DNA of 63,975 nucleotides, filler included, from Rhabdomonas costata (GCA_019059605.1; 43 parts of 43 records of this genome joined end to end with filler, not necessarily neighbours in it), one strand, 5' to 3'. Shown: positions 24,584 through 37,050, counted from the whole stretch's first letter. Made by a program: numbers and translations. Notes: a model not told the origin generated them from the letters alone.

Positions 24584-25365
24584 AGCGCGTTCATAGCTAA
24601 CATTCATCGGATGACTTTTAAGCCAAATTTTGGACTCAATAGCACGGGCAAAACCGCCAAGGGCATAATCCCATTATCCGGTCCCACAAGAAACGAACCG
24701 CCTTCGGATTCACCAAAGGGAAAGCGCGGTAGAAAAGGAGCAGTACAAACCCCATTGAAAAGGAAGGAAAGCAGTGTAAAGGTCCGTGGTGTGTGCAGAG
24801 GGGTGAAGCCGAGGAGGTGGTGGTCACGGTGGTGGTAAAGAGGGACCTTGGTCTTCCCCCCCTTACGGTTAGTGCTGATCTTCTTCACAAACACGGTCTT
24901 CTCCTGAGCTGAAGGGGGCTCGAGCGTCTCTTGCGGCTTTGGAGGCGGGCTGGCCTCCCGCTGGACAGGGCGACGCTGTGCGTGTGTGGGTGGGTGGGTA
25001 ACAGGGTGTGAGTGCGTGGGATAATTGTGCATTCCAGGTCAACATGTTTGGGGATGACACACTTCGGCTCTGCTATGGCGCCTGGGATTCCACTGCGGAA
25101 CATTAAAGCCGTGGTGGTGTCGTCTACATTTTTCAATTTCGATGATGCAACGATCGGCACACAAGCAAAAAAAAACGCATGGAAAGCGCTGGACAGGTCT
25201 GCCACAAATACTTCGCAAAGTCCCCCCCCCAGGACGGACCACACCCCNNNNNNNNNNNNNNNNNNNNNNNNNNNNNNNNNNNNNNNNNNNNTTAATTAAT
25301 TAANNNNNNNNNNNNNNNNNNNNNNNNNNNNNNNNNNNNNNNNNNNNGTGGGGGGGGGGGGGAAC

Positions 25366-26130
25366 CATGCGGGCAGTCGTCGGTCGTGCCCGTGCAGTAC
25401 GAAGCCACGCCGCAGGGGCCGAACGAAGGCAGACAGGTGGTGTTGGAGGAGCGCTTCACGTCCACAGGGCAGGCCGCAGACTTACCCGAGCACACTTCCG
25501 GCGCGTCGCACACTGGCAAAGCGGGGGACAAGGAAATGGGTGAATGTTTTGAGAATTGAGAAGAATGGGAACAGATACAAGCTATGGCAACGAGTCATTG
25601 CTCTGGTCGCCGAGAGGACGTACTGAGATGCGCAAGAGCTCAGGGGAAAACTCGCTAAACGGCCCATCTGTCATCTGTAATTTGTAAGGTTCGGCTTTCG
25701 GCGCCCGACCTCGGTGCTTTTGAACTTGCACCTTCTGAGCGTGCTCTGCGACGTAAAGGCACTAGACTCGTGCAGGAAATAACCGCCGAACAGTGGGTGG
25801 ACGGTTGCGTATTACTTAATCACCCACCAACCTACGCCATGGTGGTTTCCCACAAGAGCTTTCTTTGAAGAGCTGATGTGCGTTTGGGTGGACTCCCTCC
25901 AAGACCAGGCTCTCCGTGAGTGACTGAGTGAGTGAAGTAATGAGGGTGCCCACCTCCGGCGGCAGCGCGACACATGGTTCCGGCGGGTTGCAGCAGGTCC
26001 ACTGGGCACTGCGAAGAATTACCGACGCAGGTCTCCGCAGGGTCGCAGGGACCTTGGGAGGAGCGGCAGACCGTGCCCGAAACGTTCACGGCATCCGCAG
26101 GGCAGGAGGGCCCCGTGCCATCGCACTTTT
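25366..26130 (-). CDS. Cys-rich protein with tandem disintegrin-like repeats; exons 26130-25954 and 25512-25366
   Basis: Repeats of CR....CD..E.C.G.S..CP.D (e.g. CRSSQGPCDPAETCVGNSSQCPVD). Phase-1 GT-AG intron. Confidence 0.85.
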
Positions 26131-27361
26131 CTGAGAGAAGGGAAAGGAAAAGAAAGAGCTGGGCCAGTAGCAGAGGGGATGAGAGGGGATTTCAGCTTAT
26201 CCGAAAATTGTTCAACTCCAGGGTTGTATTGCGGAGAAAAGGTTTCGCCCTGTTGTTTCAGACCTTGTACCACCGATCACCAGAAACTGCATGCAATGTG
26301 TCACTTTTGCGCAATGTAAAAGAGCTTGAAAAGTTTTCACGAGTTATCTTTCTTTCTTAGTCATTCATGTTGGCGGGTGTTACATCAGTGCAAACAGGTA
26401 ATTATTCGATGTCTTTGTTCAAACCATACGGCAAATCGTTGCAAAAAAAAAGGTGAAAAAACCATCTCCTAAAATCAGGTGCGGAACAGAATTGTTGTCA
26501 TTCCCCATACTTTCGATATTTTCGATGGGGTTTTTTGCATATTTTGTTCTTAATTCACGTTAATGCGAGTCTTCAAAAGAAAAAAAACGAGGTATTCCAC
26601 GCCCCTCAAGCCAGCCAGCCAGCCAGCCAGCCAGAGAAATAGAGACCGCATCCCTCCCCCATCCCCCCCGATCCTCCCTGTCCCTAAAAACCTTGCGTGT
26701 CACAAAGCCCGGCGACTGGCCTGCAGACCACCAACCCNNNNNNNNNNNNNNNNNNNNNNNNNNNNNNNNNNNNNNNNNNNNTTAATTAATTAANNNNNNN
26801 NNNNNNNNNNNNNNNNNNNNNNNNNNNNNNNNNNNNNGTGGGGGGGTGTTCAAGCGTCGGGTTGACGAGCAGCGCAGAGGCATTTACATTTAATGAATCC
26901 CTGTTGCTCGGCATGTCCGCTCGGAGTGAAATACGCTCCAGTCGGATGACGCTCTGGTGTTCGAAACGTGGGGACTTCTCCGCTTTCCTTCTGCTTTTGA
27001 AAATGTCTGGAAAACCGTGTCGCAGACCTCGCTTTGGAAAAGTGCACGCGTAGGAAGCATAGTAACACCGCAGGCCTAGTGAAGCGGGGAATTCACCTTG
27101 AAGCTCGAAACGCCGACCCTCTCTAACGTTTGTGCCGGAAAGCTTTATTACATCTCCGTTCCGAAATCCTTCATGCTTTCTGCGGCCTTTGTTCATTCTT
27201 CTTATAGCCGGCGTCGAACCGATAAAAGCAATAGCAGTGAATATTGCGCCCTTGTTTAAACGGTGCCGTTTTTATTGTTTGGAGTTTCATTCCCGTAACG
27301 AAACGTGGTGTTGTGTAAGTTTTAAAATACGAGGAAAACGGGAAACGAGGAAAAATGTCCG

Positions 27362-27377
27362 TGTGTCTTTCTGTCTG

Positions 27378-27416
<39 letters not shown>

Positions 27417-27456
27417 GTCTGTCTGTCTGTGTCTGTCTGTGTCTGTCTGTCTGTCT
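27362..27456. repeat. (TCTG)n/(TG) compound microsatellite
   Basis: Seen directly. Confidence 0.95.
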
Positions 27457-27519
27457 ATCCTGCTTTCCGCTAGTAGCGAAAAGGAACAAAGCGCAGCACG
27501 GCAAGGCACAGCACAATAA

Positions 27520-28228
27520 CAGGGAACGGCGTCCAGATAATTGTGGCGGCGCGTTGTTCAACGGCTAATGCCCGGCCGCACGCAGCGCGGGCCTGTACGG
27601 GTGCCCATCTCCACCCGAATGGAGGGCGTTACCAACGCCATTGGGTGCCGGCGCAGGTAAACACGAAGGGATGTCCACGAAATCCTGCTGGAAGGAGGTA
27701 CGCGCGGTCCTGGTGATGCCGGGAAAGCGCGTGAAAATAAGCGGAAATGTCAAGTTTCGTGTAGAAGCATGTCGGCCACCAGCTTGTGGACGCGGCGCGG
27801 AATGAGATTGAAGGAAGGCTAAAGGTTGGTTGTCGGCGCGTGTATAGTGCGTTCAGTGGACGCCAGTCGCAGATTACGCGTGCGGAGTGAGCGTTCTTTG
27901 GCTTTAGGAACAGGGACATGGCGGAATCAAGGGGAAGCAGTGGGTTGGATGATGCCGGACTCGGTTAGGTTGTCGATGCATGCAGACATCGTGTAGCGGA
28001 AGGGTGGGCCGTGAGAAGCTTAGGGGCGCGGAGATGTGACGGTGTTACGCACCACCTCGCGCGAGATATCGCGGTGGCCGGGATGCAGGGGCTTCCACTC
28101 CAGCGGCGCAGAGGTGGGTGGCTGGGAGTCGTAGTGGTCGGCCAGCGAGGGGTAGTCGAGCACCCGCCGAAGGGTAGCCCAGTCAGAAAGGTGAGGGTGA
28201 AGCTTTTGGAGTCGATCATGCACAAAAT
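27520..28228 (-). mobile_element. Decayed reverse transcriptase, DIRS/Ngaro-like (YR retrotransposon) or Ty3-type
   Basis: IDNLTESGII, LFLKPK...RVICDWRPLNA, FSLPSI, KLDISAYFH, WRW*RPPFGW.WAP and a frameshifted YLDA at the YxDD position. In-frame TAA at 27631-27629. Confidence 0.8.
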
Positions 28229-29047
28229 NNNNNNNNNNNNNNNNNNNNNNNNNNNNNNNNNNNNNNNNNNNNTTAATTAATTAANNNNNNNNNNNNNNNN
28301 NNNNNNNNNNNNNNNNNNNNNNNNNNNNGGGTTGGGGGTTTATGCGTCTTGGTTTCTGCCTTTGCTTTCTGTCTTCTGGGGTTCTGGTCTTTGTGGTTCT
28401 GCATTTCTGTGTCTGTTGGGAGTCGGCATTCTGATTTAGGGGGCAGCTTAGTTCCAGTAGTTTTTCAAAATGTGGACAAACGGAAACAAGGCCTGTCCTG
28501 GAAGTTTCGGGGGGGGGGCAACGTGATCCCTATACCGACGGATGGATATGAGAAAACATGAAAAAAGTCTTCTTCGGGGTCTTCATCGGACCTCCCTGAT
28601 GCAGCAAATCGCGTAAATCGGGACTCGGGACTTATCTGGGCATTTGAATGAAGCACAGCGGATTCGGGAATAACTCGTGACTCATGCATTACCAACAAAA
28701 GCCAGATACCAAACAAATGCTAACGGCGCCTGTGAAAACAATCCCGCTCGTCTCTCTCATTGATAAGAAACACCCGGAGCAAAGCGACCTTGCGCATCCA
28801 AAGGAAACCACACAGCATGGTTTTCCGTTCAGCAAAGCTTAGAGCACCGTTCACAAGACAAAATATTCCCATCGCAACAAAGCAAAAAAGAGCACAACGC
28901 CAAATAACGAAGATGGGGAAAGAGTAAGATATGGGTGGGCAAAGCAAAAGGTTGACGCGCAACATACCAACGGGAACAGATTGATATCGAAAGACAACTG
29001 AGGCAACAAAGCGATACCTTATCCAACGGAAAAATGTGGTGTCGGCA

Positions 29048-29630
29048 TCATAGAAAGGGATCGCAAATCTTGTGGGTAAGCTGAACCTGGACAACGCAGA
29101 GAGGAAGCCCTTTATATCTCTCAGCTTCTAGCTTAGACTGCAGCCGTTGCTCGAATCTCCACAACGGGTAACTCAGAACCTGCAGGTCTTCAGGGGTGGG
29201 AATAACAAATTTGCCAACGCCACGTATTGACCGAAATTCTGTCACCCCAATGCTCAGCACATCCCGGAGGGCAGCGCTGGCTGGGAACTCGCCCTGCTCG
29301 TCCCAGTCGTGTCCCATCACCGACACAAAGAAGCACCGCCCTTCGATCGGCCGAGGTCTTGAGCCCAGAAGGTACAGTGCCCCAGAGAAAGTCGCTGACG
29401 GGATGGCATTCGCACGGGCTGCTCGCCAACACTCCCAGCCAGCCCTTATGTCAGCGATGTTTCGGTCCAGAGGAAGCAAACTCTCGTCAAAGGCAATGGT
29501 GCCGGCACCTTTGTACACGTTACACTCCAAGGAAAGAAAGAGTGCCGGGGTAAAACCTTTGTGAGAAAGGTCCTCGGAATCATCCACGTCGTCCACACAA
29601 ACTGTGAGCAAGGGAAATCGATCCTGCCTG
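29048..29630 (-). CDS. Hypothetical protein exon
   Basis: ~190-codon open frame with globular composition after a CAG acceptor. No family recognised; both ends approximate. Confidence 0.4.
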
Positions 29631-29818
29631 CGAGGAACCAGAGCGGGGGTAGCGACCAGTCTCTCGCGAATACTGCGGAGAGTGACCCCAGACCGGATCT
29701 CTTCTTCAAGGCAAGTGTNNNNNNNNNNNNNNNNNNNNNNNNNNNNNNNNNNNNNNNNNNNNTTAATTAATTAANNNNNNNNNNNNNNNNNNNNNNNNNN
29801 NNNNNNNNNNNNNNNNNN

Positions 29819-30969
29819 GACCACTCCCCAGCCCGTGCGAAGGTACGGCTTTGAGCCCACCACCGCGCCATGGACCAGAACCCGAAGAAGCAGCTCCAGG
29901 GTGAAAATTGCAGCCCACAGCACCTCCAGCGACTTGAGGGCCTGGGGCATCGAGGCGGACGCGGAGGAGGGGCTCTCGAAGGCAAGGGTCACTGAGCTTC
30001 CCACCACGGTAGCGAGCACGAAAAGCTCGAACACGAAGTGGGACTCCACGCGGCGGAGGAAGACACGCAAGGGGCTGCGGGGTGAGAGCAAGAAAAGGGA
30101 CCGGTTGTGCCACGTGTCCTCGTCCTCTTCGGCAGCCACCGTCGGCGGCAGTGCGGGCGAGAAGGCGGTGGAGTTGAAGAAGCGGAGCACGCTGCCTGTC
30201 GAGGCCAAGGCGTCAGCCCGGCCCGGGTCTGAGGTAGCCTCCAGAAAGCCTTCAGAGGCGTCGGGAATGGCAAGTAAGACGGACCCCGAGGTGGCGGCAG
30301 GAGAAGTTTGCAGGCGAGCCAGACCGATTTCTGTAGTAAAGATGTCCTCAAACCCACCCACCAGAATGGCGACCAACATTCGGGAGAGCACAAAGGCCCC
30401 CAGGACGATCACTGCAATGCAGTATAGGGTGGCCCAAAACCCCAGCGCTCGCGCGGTACTGACCTAAGCGAACAGCAGAAGTGCCCCAAGGGATGCATAG
30501 AAGTGCGGGAGAGGGTTCCTCATATATGAACGCATGAAAGGACAATAAACGGGACGACGGGACGATAATTAAACACATTTCTTGACTCAGCGAAGCTGGA
30601 TTCATCTCGATACACGCAGTGCCCTTCCCGGGGCATATAAAGTGGTGACGGAGGAGGAGGATAGAGGAGAAAGATGATAGGAGCGGGTGCAAAGGTGCGG
30701 GGCAGACAGAAGGAGCATCCGCACACGCACATACCTCCAGCTCGAACCAGTTCTCTGTCGTAAATAGCTGCAGCACAGACAGAAAGGCCCATCCAAAGTA
30801 GTCGAAGTTTGCGCGGGGTAGGCCGTCACTGAAGCTCATGGTCCCACTGAAGCTCACAAGACCAACTAGGGCGCAGGCCACGCCGAAAATCACCCAAACC
30901 AGCACAAAGCTCCTCAGCAGCGCTGTGGTGGTCTCCAGCACCTCCACTAACCTTCTCACGGGGTCAAAT
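29819..30969 (-). CDS. Four-domain voltage-gated cation channel (Cav/Nav family) fragment; exons 30969-30735 and 30463-contig edge
   Basis: S5-pore PRANFDYFGWAFLSVLQLFTTENW, S6 LYCIAVIVLGAFVLSRMLVAILVGGF, then SLFLLSPRSPLRVFLRRVESHFVFELFVL and IFTLELLLRV...YLRTGW, typical of the DII-DIII junction. Phase-0 GT-AG intron. Confidence 0.9.
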
Positions 30970-31308
30970 CTGGAGAGAAATCAGACCGCTCCCCATGCCG
31001 AAACAAATCGTCATGACAGCGAGTGAGCTGCCGCACAGACAGTTTTATCACGATCCCCAACGATCCCAAGTTTTCACGATCCCACACAATACCCAGGCCT
31101 ATCAGGTCTAAATGCAATGGGCTGCGAATACACGTTGGATACGTTCTAATGACAATTTCCTATCCTAAACAACAGGAATGGCCAACAAAAAGAAGAAACA
31201 ACCCACACNNNNNNNNNNNNNNNNNNNNNNNNNNNNNNNNNNNNNNNNNNNNTTAATTAATTAANNNNNNNNNNNNNNNNNNNNNNNNNNNNNNNNNNNN
31301 NNNNNNNN

Positions 31309-32075
31309 GCCTTGGACAAGGGCTATGCAGATTTCGTGGCCACAGTGCACAGGGGCCAGATCTGGGTCATGGGGGGAGAACTTCAGAGTCAGGCATGGAA
31401 CTTTTCATCTTCTTCATCATCATCAAGCTTCCCGTTCATTGTTTCCTGAGGGGACCAAGACAAGAAAGGTGGTCGTGAGGGTACGTGCTTGTGCTTGTCG
31501 ATGAAGTCTGGTTCGTGTACGTGTTTGCCAAGTTCGCGAAGTTGTCGCGGCTCGAACCGCTCGAACGGCTCGATACCCCGAACGCCTCCCACTCCCGAGA
31601 TGACATCTGCTCAGCTCATTTGCGCAAAAAAAAAAATCGCCTTTCCTGACCACTGGATTTTCATGTCCCTTACATTGGTGTGAGTGCAGTCCTGCTCCTG
31701 ATGCTGTTCTACAACAACCCTGCAGCCTGTCGGAGGACGCGCCCCCTCTCCCCCCTCCCCAGGCGGAGACCCTTTTCCTTCCCTGGTTTCAGGTGTACAG
31801 CAGCCCAAATGGGACTGTCTGGACCTCGGTTACGACCACGGGGCGGAACCCGTCGTTTTACGGCACAGTGGTCTCCCTTAAAGGGCTACTGTGGCAGCTC
31901 GGGGACGAACGGGACGTCACCGTCTCCATGGATGGGATGCAGTGGAGTGCCTTCTCTCAGATGATGCCTTACTATCTATTCGACTACGGCACGGGCATGG
32001 TGGGGGCCAACCTCCTCACCATCGGGGGGCGATCTACCTCTGGAGGCACTTTCAACCAAGAGTACAGCCTTGTGG
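31309..32075 (+). CDS. Kelch/Asp-box-like beta-propeller protein; exons 31309-31392 and 31793-~32075
   Basis: GQIWVMGG...VYSSPNGTVW, VSMDGMQW, LLTIGG. Joining in phase 0 most simply needs a GC donor at 31393. Confidence 0.7.
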
Positions 32076-33746
32076 GTGCGCCCCTCACCCATCCCTCTTG
32101 CCACTTTCAACTGCTTGTGTACAAAAAAGACGTGAGATGCTTGAGAAGCTTGAAGTTCCCCAAACTCAGCGCCTCCTTTCCTTCCAGCAGCATAAACCCA
32201 TGTCGCTAAAGCAATGGCTCACGCTCCCGGAAATTCACCACGAAGTTCACAAACCCTAGATTACAAAGGGCTTGATTGGACTACTGAACAAAAAGCAAAC
32301 GAACAAAATAAAATATAGCACAGAGGGAAATAGAGATATATAACTAGCTATATGTGTATAACGTAAGGCTTCAGCTGGGACGACGCAGGAAGGGCGCAGC
32401 GCGGGCGAAGATAGTGGGGGTTATTATTTGGGGGGGAAAGCGATGACGGTGCCCCTGTGACCCCCTCGGGCGCCTCGGGATGCAAAGGGGTGGTTCCTAT
32501 GTCCCCCACCGCAGCCCCAGCAGCAGCAGCAGCAGCAGCGGCGGCAGGAGGGGGGTTTGTGGCTTTTCTCTGTAGAAAGGACTGGGATGGTGAGAAAAGG
32601 GTACCCTTTCGGGTTGCAAAAATTGAAAGCCGAGGGCTTCCGGATCTTCCGAGTGGAAGAGATTTATACCGAAAGCTGAAGTATATAAATCCCCAAAANN
32701 NNNNNNNNNNNNNNNNNNNNNNNNNNNNNNNNNNNNNNNNNNTTAATTAATTAANNNNNNNNNNNNNNNNNNNNNNNNNNNNNNNNNNNNNNNNNNNNGT
32801 GGGTGGTGAGGAGGAGAGGAGAAATAAAGCAGCAAATTGTATCACCCTCAGGAGCGTTGTAAAATCTCTAGTGTGCAGAACCTTGAGCTGAGAAAAGATT
32901 GAGCGAGATTCAGCTCGTGTGACTTTCACGCCCCGCTCCCGGAGCTGCCTGCGGAGGTCCCCTGTGGAGGCGAGTAGATTGCAATAGAAAGAGAAGTGGA
33001 GGAGTCAGAGGGAAGACACAAAGTTTATCTGATGAACAGATGACTTGCGTGGCACCTAGGGTCTGGTCGTGGGCTTGGTCCTCTGGAGCGTTGAACTTGA
33101 CCGATTCCCGAAAGCAGTATTTGCGAGCCCGTCCGCGGCCCATCTGGTGAGGTTGCACAGGGCAAGGGCAGTCGGGCGAGACGGGGATGGACGGACAAAG
33201 CTTTCTAAGATACAATGAAATAAAACACAGGTGTGTGTGCGTGGTGCAATTGGTGCAGAATTGCGATAGTTTCGAACCGTTTTTCGAGCCAATGCTCTCC
33301 GCGGCACTTGTTCTGTGGGCGACCATGCCGTATAAGATGAGATATCGACTACCTCAGGCAGCGAAGACAATTGACAAAAACTGCCACTCAAGCAACCAAC
33401 CCGTGCCTTTTTGCACTCCACCGGATCTCGCCTTGCTTGCTCAGTGTAAGTCTTTTAAGTTGATTGTTTTGAGCCAAACCCCAGCCGCTGAAGACACTCG
33501 TGTGTCTGTCCCCAGTGTCGCTAACATGCATCAGGAAAAAGATCACACCCATGAAGGATGGGTGCCAAAACTAAGTTCTGAAATAGGCGTCAGAAACGTG
33601 GGTGCACGTGTAAAATACGCTGATGATTGGATCACACAACTTTCAAAACCACCAAACATTCAGATCAACATAAACCACAGCTGCTTGACGTCACGTCACA
33701 TCAAATCTAACAATGTCCAAAAAAGTACGACAAGGCACGCAACCAG

Positions 33747-34188
33747 TTAAACACTCGGAAGCTCCTTGTGCACCCCTTGTACATTATATAGCGCTGCCAA
33801 GCCGTTCAAGCAGGCGGACTCGGAAGATTGGGCAAGTTCGGGCTGAACCCGGGAGATCCTCAGGGCCTCTTGAAACAAAGGCTCGGCGGCGGCGTACTTA
33901 CCCTGTGCTTTGTACAAAGTGGCAAGGTAGTTCAAACTTAGCGCCACGTCCGGGTGTCCGTCGCCCAGCTTCTGCCGTCGAAGTTTCAAGGCCTCGACGT
34001 ACAGCGGCTCTGCTGCCGCGTACTTGCCCAAAGACTTGTACAGCCCTGCTAGGTTATTCATGGTTGTGATGACATCGGGGTGATCCTCACCCAGGTTCTA
34101 CTTCTGAATTTTCAGGCACTCCTCTAGCAAAGGTTCTGCAGAGGAGGACTTGCCCTGCGCTCTGTAAACTGCTGCGAGACGGCTGAGG
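33747..34188 (-). pseudogene. TPR repeats of kinesin-light-chain/TPR_12 type with an in-frame TAG
   Basis: 42-aa repeats NNLAGLYKSLGKYAAAEPLYVEALKLRRQKLGDGHPDV. The previous repeat reads LKIQK*NLGEDHPDV (TAG at 34100-34098), and the last repeat is truncated. Confidence 0.75.
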
Positions 34189-36539
34189 NNNNNNNNNNNN
34201 NNNNNNNNNNNNNNNNNNNNNNNNNNNNNNNNTTAATTAATTAANNNNNNNNNNNNNNNNNNNNNNNNNNNNNNNNNNNNNNNNNNNNCCTCTCCCGTCC
34301 CCAAGAATTCATATCGGGTGAGAACACACGGGAATTGTAGAGGTAGCTGACTCGGCTTCTGCCCCCAACGTCTCTGTCCATTCACAGACTTGCTGCTCGT
34401 TCTCTGTGTGAATGTGTATGGTGAATGATGCCTTTGCGTGTGGAAGCTGTTTGATCTCGTGAACCTTCACGAGGAGGTGGGAGGAATGGGTAGGTGTATC
34501 CGATGGAACACAGTTCGGTGCTGTCGTTGCTGCTGGTCGGCAAACAATGTCGACAGACTGTGATGTGCGTTAATTTTGAGTGGCTGGGGTCTTCTTGTGT
34601 TTATGTGTGCTGTTTGTATCGCGCTGGCCATTCCAGTTGAAAGCACCCGCTGGCTGCTGCACCTTTCTCACGGATCAGGTGTGGCTCTAGGGTGTCTGTC
34701 GCGGGACGGCATTCGCACTGTTTGTGGATTTGTCATGAGCTGGCCCTTTCCCATTTTTTTCCGCGTTGGTCTTCTGTGTAAAGAAAGGCAAGGCGCAAGC
34801 GCCACCTTGCGATTCGATCTCTGTGCCCCCCAAAAAAAATTCACCGCGAACTCCCCTTCCTTCATCATCGTTGTGCCTCCTTCCCCCACCTGCGAATGAT
34901 TCCGTGAAGGGCGGCTGCTTTGGTCGTGAAGGTATTGTGTTGCCGTACTGCGCGCAACGCCTCAGTGTCCTCTGACGCCGCCAGCTGCAAGCAGTTCAGT
35001 ACTGGAAGCTCAGCGTGGGACTCACCCGCCTTCTCATTTTCTCGTTCTGATGTGGTCCCTTCACCCTCTGGGTTAGTCACTTTGTCACGTCCTTTGCTCT
35101 CTTGCACCGTGCGCCGCCCTTTGTTCCGTTTTCGGTGTGTGTATGCTGTGTTGTGTTGTGTGCTGTAGAGCTTCTGTGGAGCTCCGCTGCAGAACCAGAG
35201 CAACGGTTATTCGTTTGCTATTGCAAGGCGATGATGGCTTGAGTGGTATGACGGGAGGCGTCGACACCCCACCGATTGCTTCGTTCGCTTAATTTCACAG
35301 CACACTAAGAGATTGCAGTGCAGTCCAGTACAGCTCACAACGCTTCTGTCCAATTCCTGGAAACAGGGGTTCACAGGATTTTCTTCCTTTCTTGCGGGGC
35401 CATCAGAAGAGTACCCCGATGCTTCCTGCCCAGTACGCGGGGCAACAAAAAACATATTTCCAATAGTGGCCAATGCGTCTGTTCGGAATGCGTGCGGTGT
35501 TGTCAATGCCTTGTCTTCGCTCACTCTTGCTTGCGGTTGAGTTTCTTCTGTTTGCTGCAAAGTTCCCGTGCCCGGCCCTTCTCTTCGTCGAACATTCGGC
35601 GCCAGAATGGCTGTCCACTTTGCTCACTCTCCATACACCAATGATGGTGTGCCTGCGTGCGAGCAGATCCAAAAACCCNNNNNNNNNNNNNNNNNNNNNN
35701 NNNNNNNNNNNNNNNNNNNNNNTTAATTAATTAANNNNNNNNNNNNNNNNNNNNNNNNNNNNNNNNNNNNNNNNNNNNTGTGGGGGGGGGTTAGGTTGGT
35801 CCGCACGTGTCTCCTGGGAAGTATTGGTCTCGCAGAGTGTTAGCAAGTACCACCCCGAGTCATTCCACGCGGGACCGGGACCGCATTCGGGAGCTCATGT
35901 TGCGGCAACGACCCTGGGCATTCAGGTGGGGCATTTTGCCTTTTAGTGACACCTGCTCAGTAGCTCGCCCCAAGAGAGGCCAACCCCCAAGTGCAACTGC
36001 GGTTCCTAAATCCAACAAATTTGTCACCCCTTCAAAAACCGTACAGGTACCACTAAATAGCTGTACGAAAAATTTTTAGGTGAGTATAACTTTTTGTCCT
36101 GTGTCAATAACCCAATAAAAAGCAAAAAGTGAATTAAGAATATAAATGCGCGCTATTTAAATTTAAGTTTTAGAATGAAAGCAGTTTCGTTAGCAAAGCG
36201 ACAGCCATTCAGTTGATGTAGGAGTTCCTTTCTCTCGTGATACCTATCCAATTGTGGCTTCAACAGAACAATGAGCTTTTCAGAGGTCCTAATTTTGTCT
36301 CCTTGTCCTTTAAGATGGAAAGAATGGGAAAAGTGAAATCACTTGCAAAACATGCCCTCCTCCATGAGAAATATTGAAACTCAACCGGAAGCCAGGAGGC
36401 ACCCATTTTTGGGTCAACAGGGTGGATTGCACCAGATCCCAACAACGGGCTATCGCTGAGTTTTTTGCCGTTCTTTTACCCCCATTCAAACTTCTTTCAG
36501 TGGAGCTGAGTGAAAAAAAAAGGGCCGAGACAGGGGGAG

Positions 36540-37050
36540 TGAAGGACCCATAAACGAAGCGGAAGGTAGCTCTAAAGCCAAGCTGTGTTGGGCAAGCTCC
36601 GGCCGAGGATTCCTTCCATCGCACGGCGAATGCTGGCAGCGGTCGTGGTCACAAACCTGGCAGTGTGCAGTTGACCAAAGAATCCGGAGGATGTGGTTGA
36701 CCTTCTGAGCACCCAAGCAGTCACCAAGGAGAGAAAGTGCAGTCTCTTCTGGTCCGGTAACTGGATTAGGCGCTGCAGCAGGCGTTCGTGTTTCTCTTGA
36801 ACAGTGCAAAGAAACTGGTCCTCAGCGACGACCGAGCCTACTGGCGTGCCAAAAACCACGCCCTAATTACCTTGCTTGTTCCGTGTTGGGGAGCGAGCAC
36901 CACAATCTCCTAGTTTCGGCAACAGAGCGGAGAAGGCAGTGAATGAGCTCAAACCAGGGTAACAACTCGGGCGTGTGAAAAAGGAGACCTTCCGGATATG
37001 GACCTGTTGACACTGTTGAAGGAATTGCAAAAATCAATCCGGAGCAGACC
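36540..37050 (-). mobile_element. Decayed non-LTR retrotransposon RT, CRE-clade-like, internally deleted
   Basis: LRIDFCNSFNSVNR (K.DF.NAFNSV.R), degenerate KQGN (QQGD), then directly VFGTPVGS, L..LPDQ, CLGAQKVNHILR and AWL*SYLPLR, spread over several frames. The YLDD region is missing. Confidence 0.72.
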
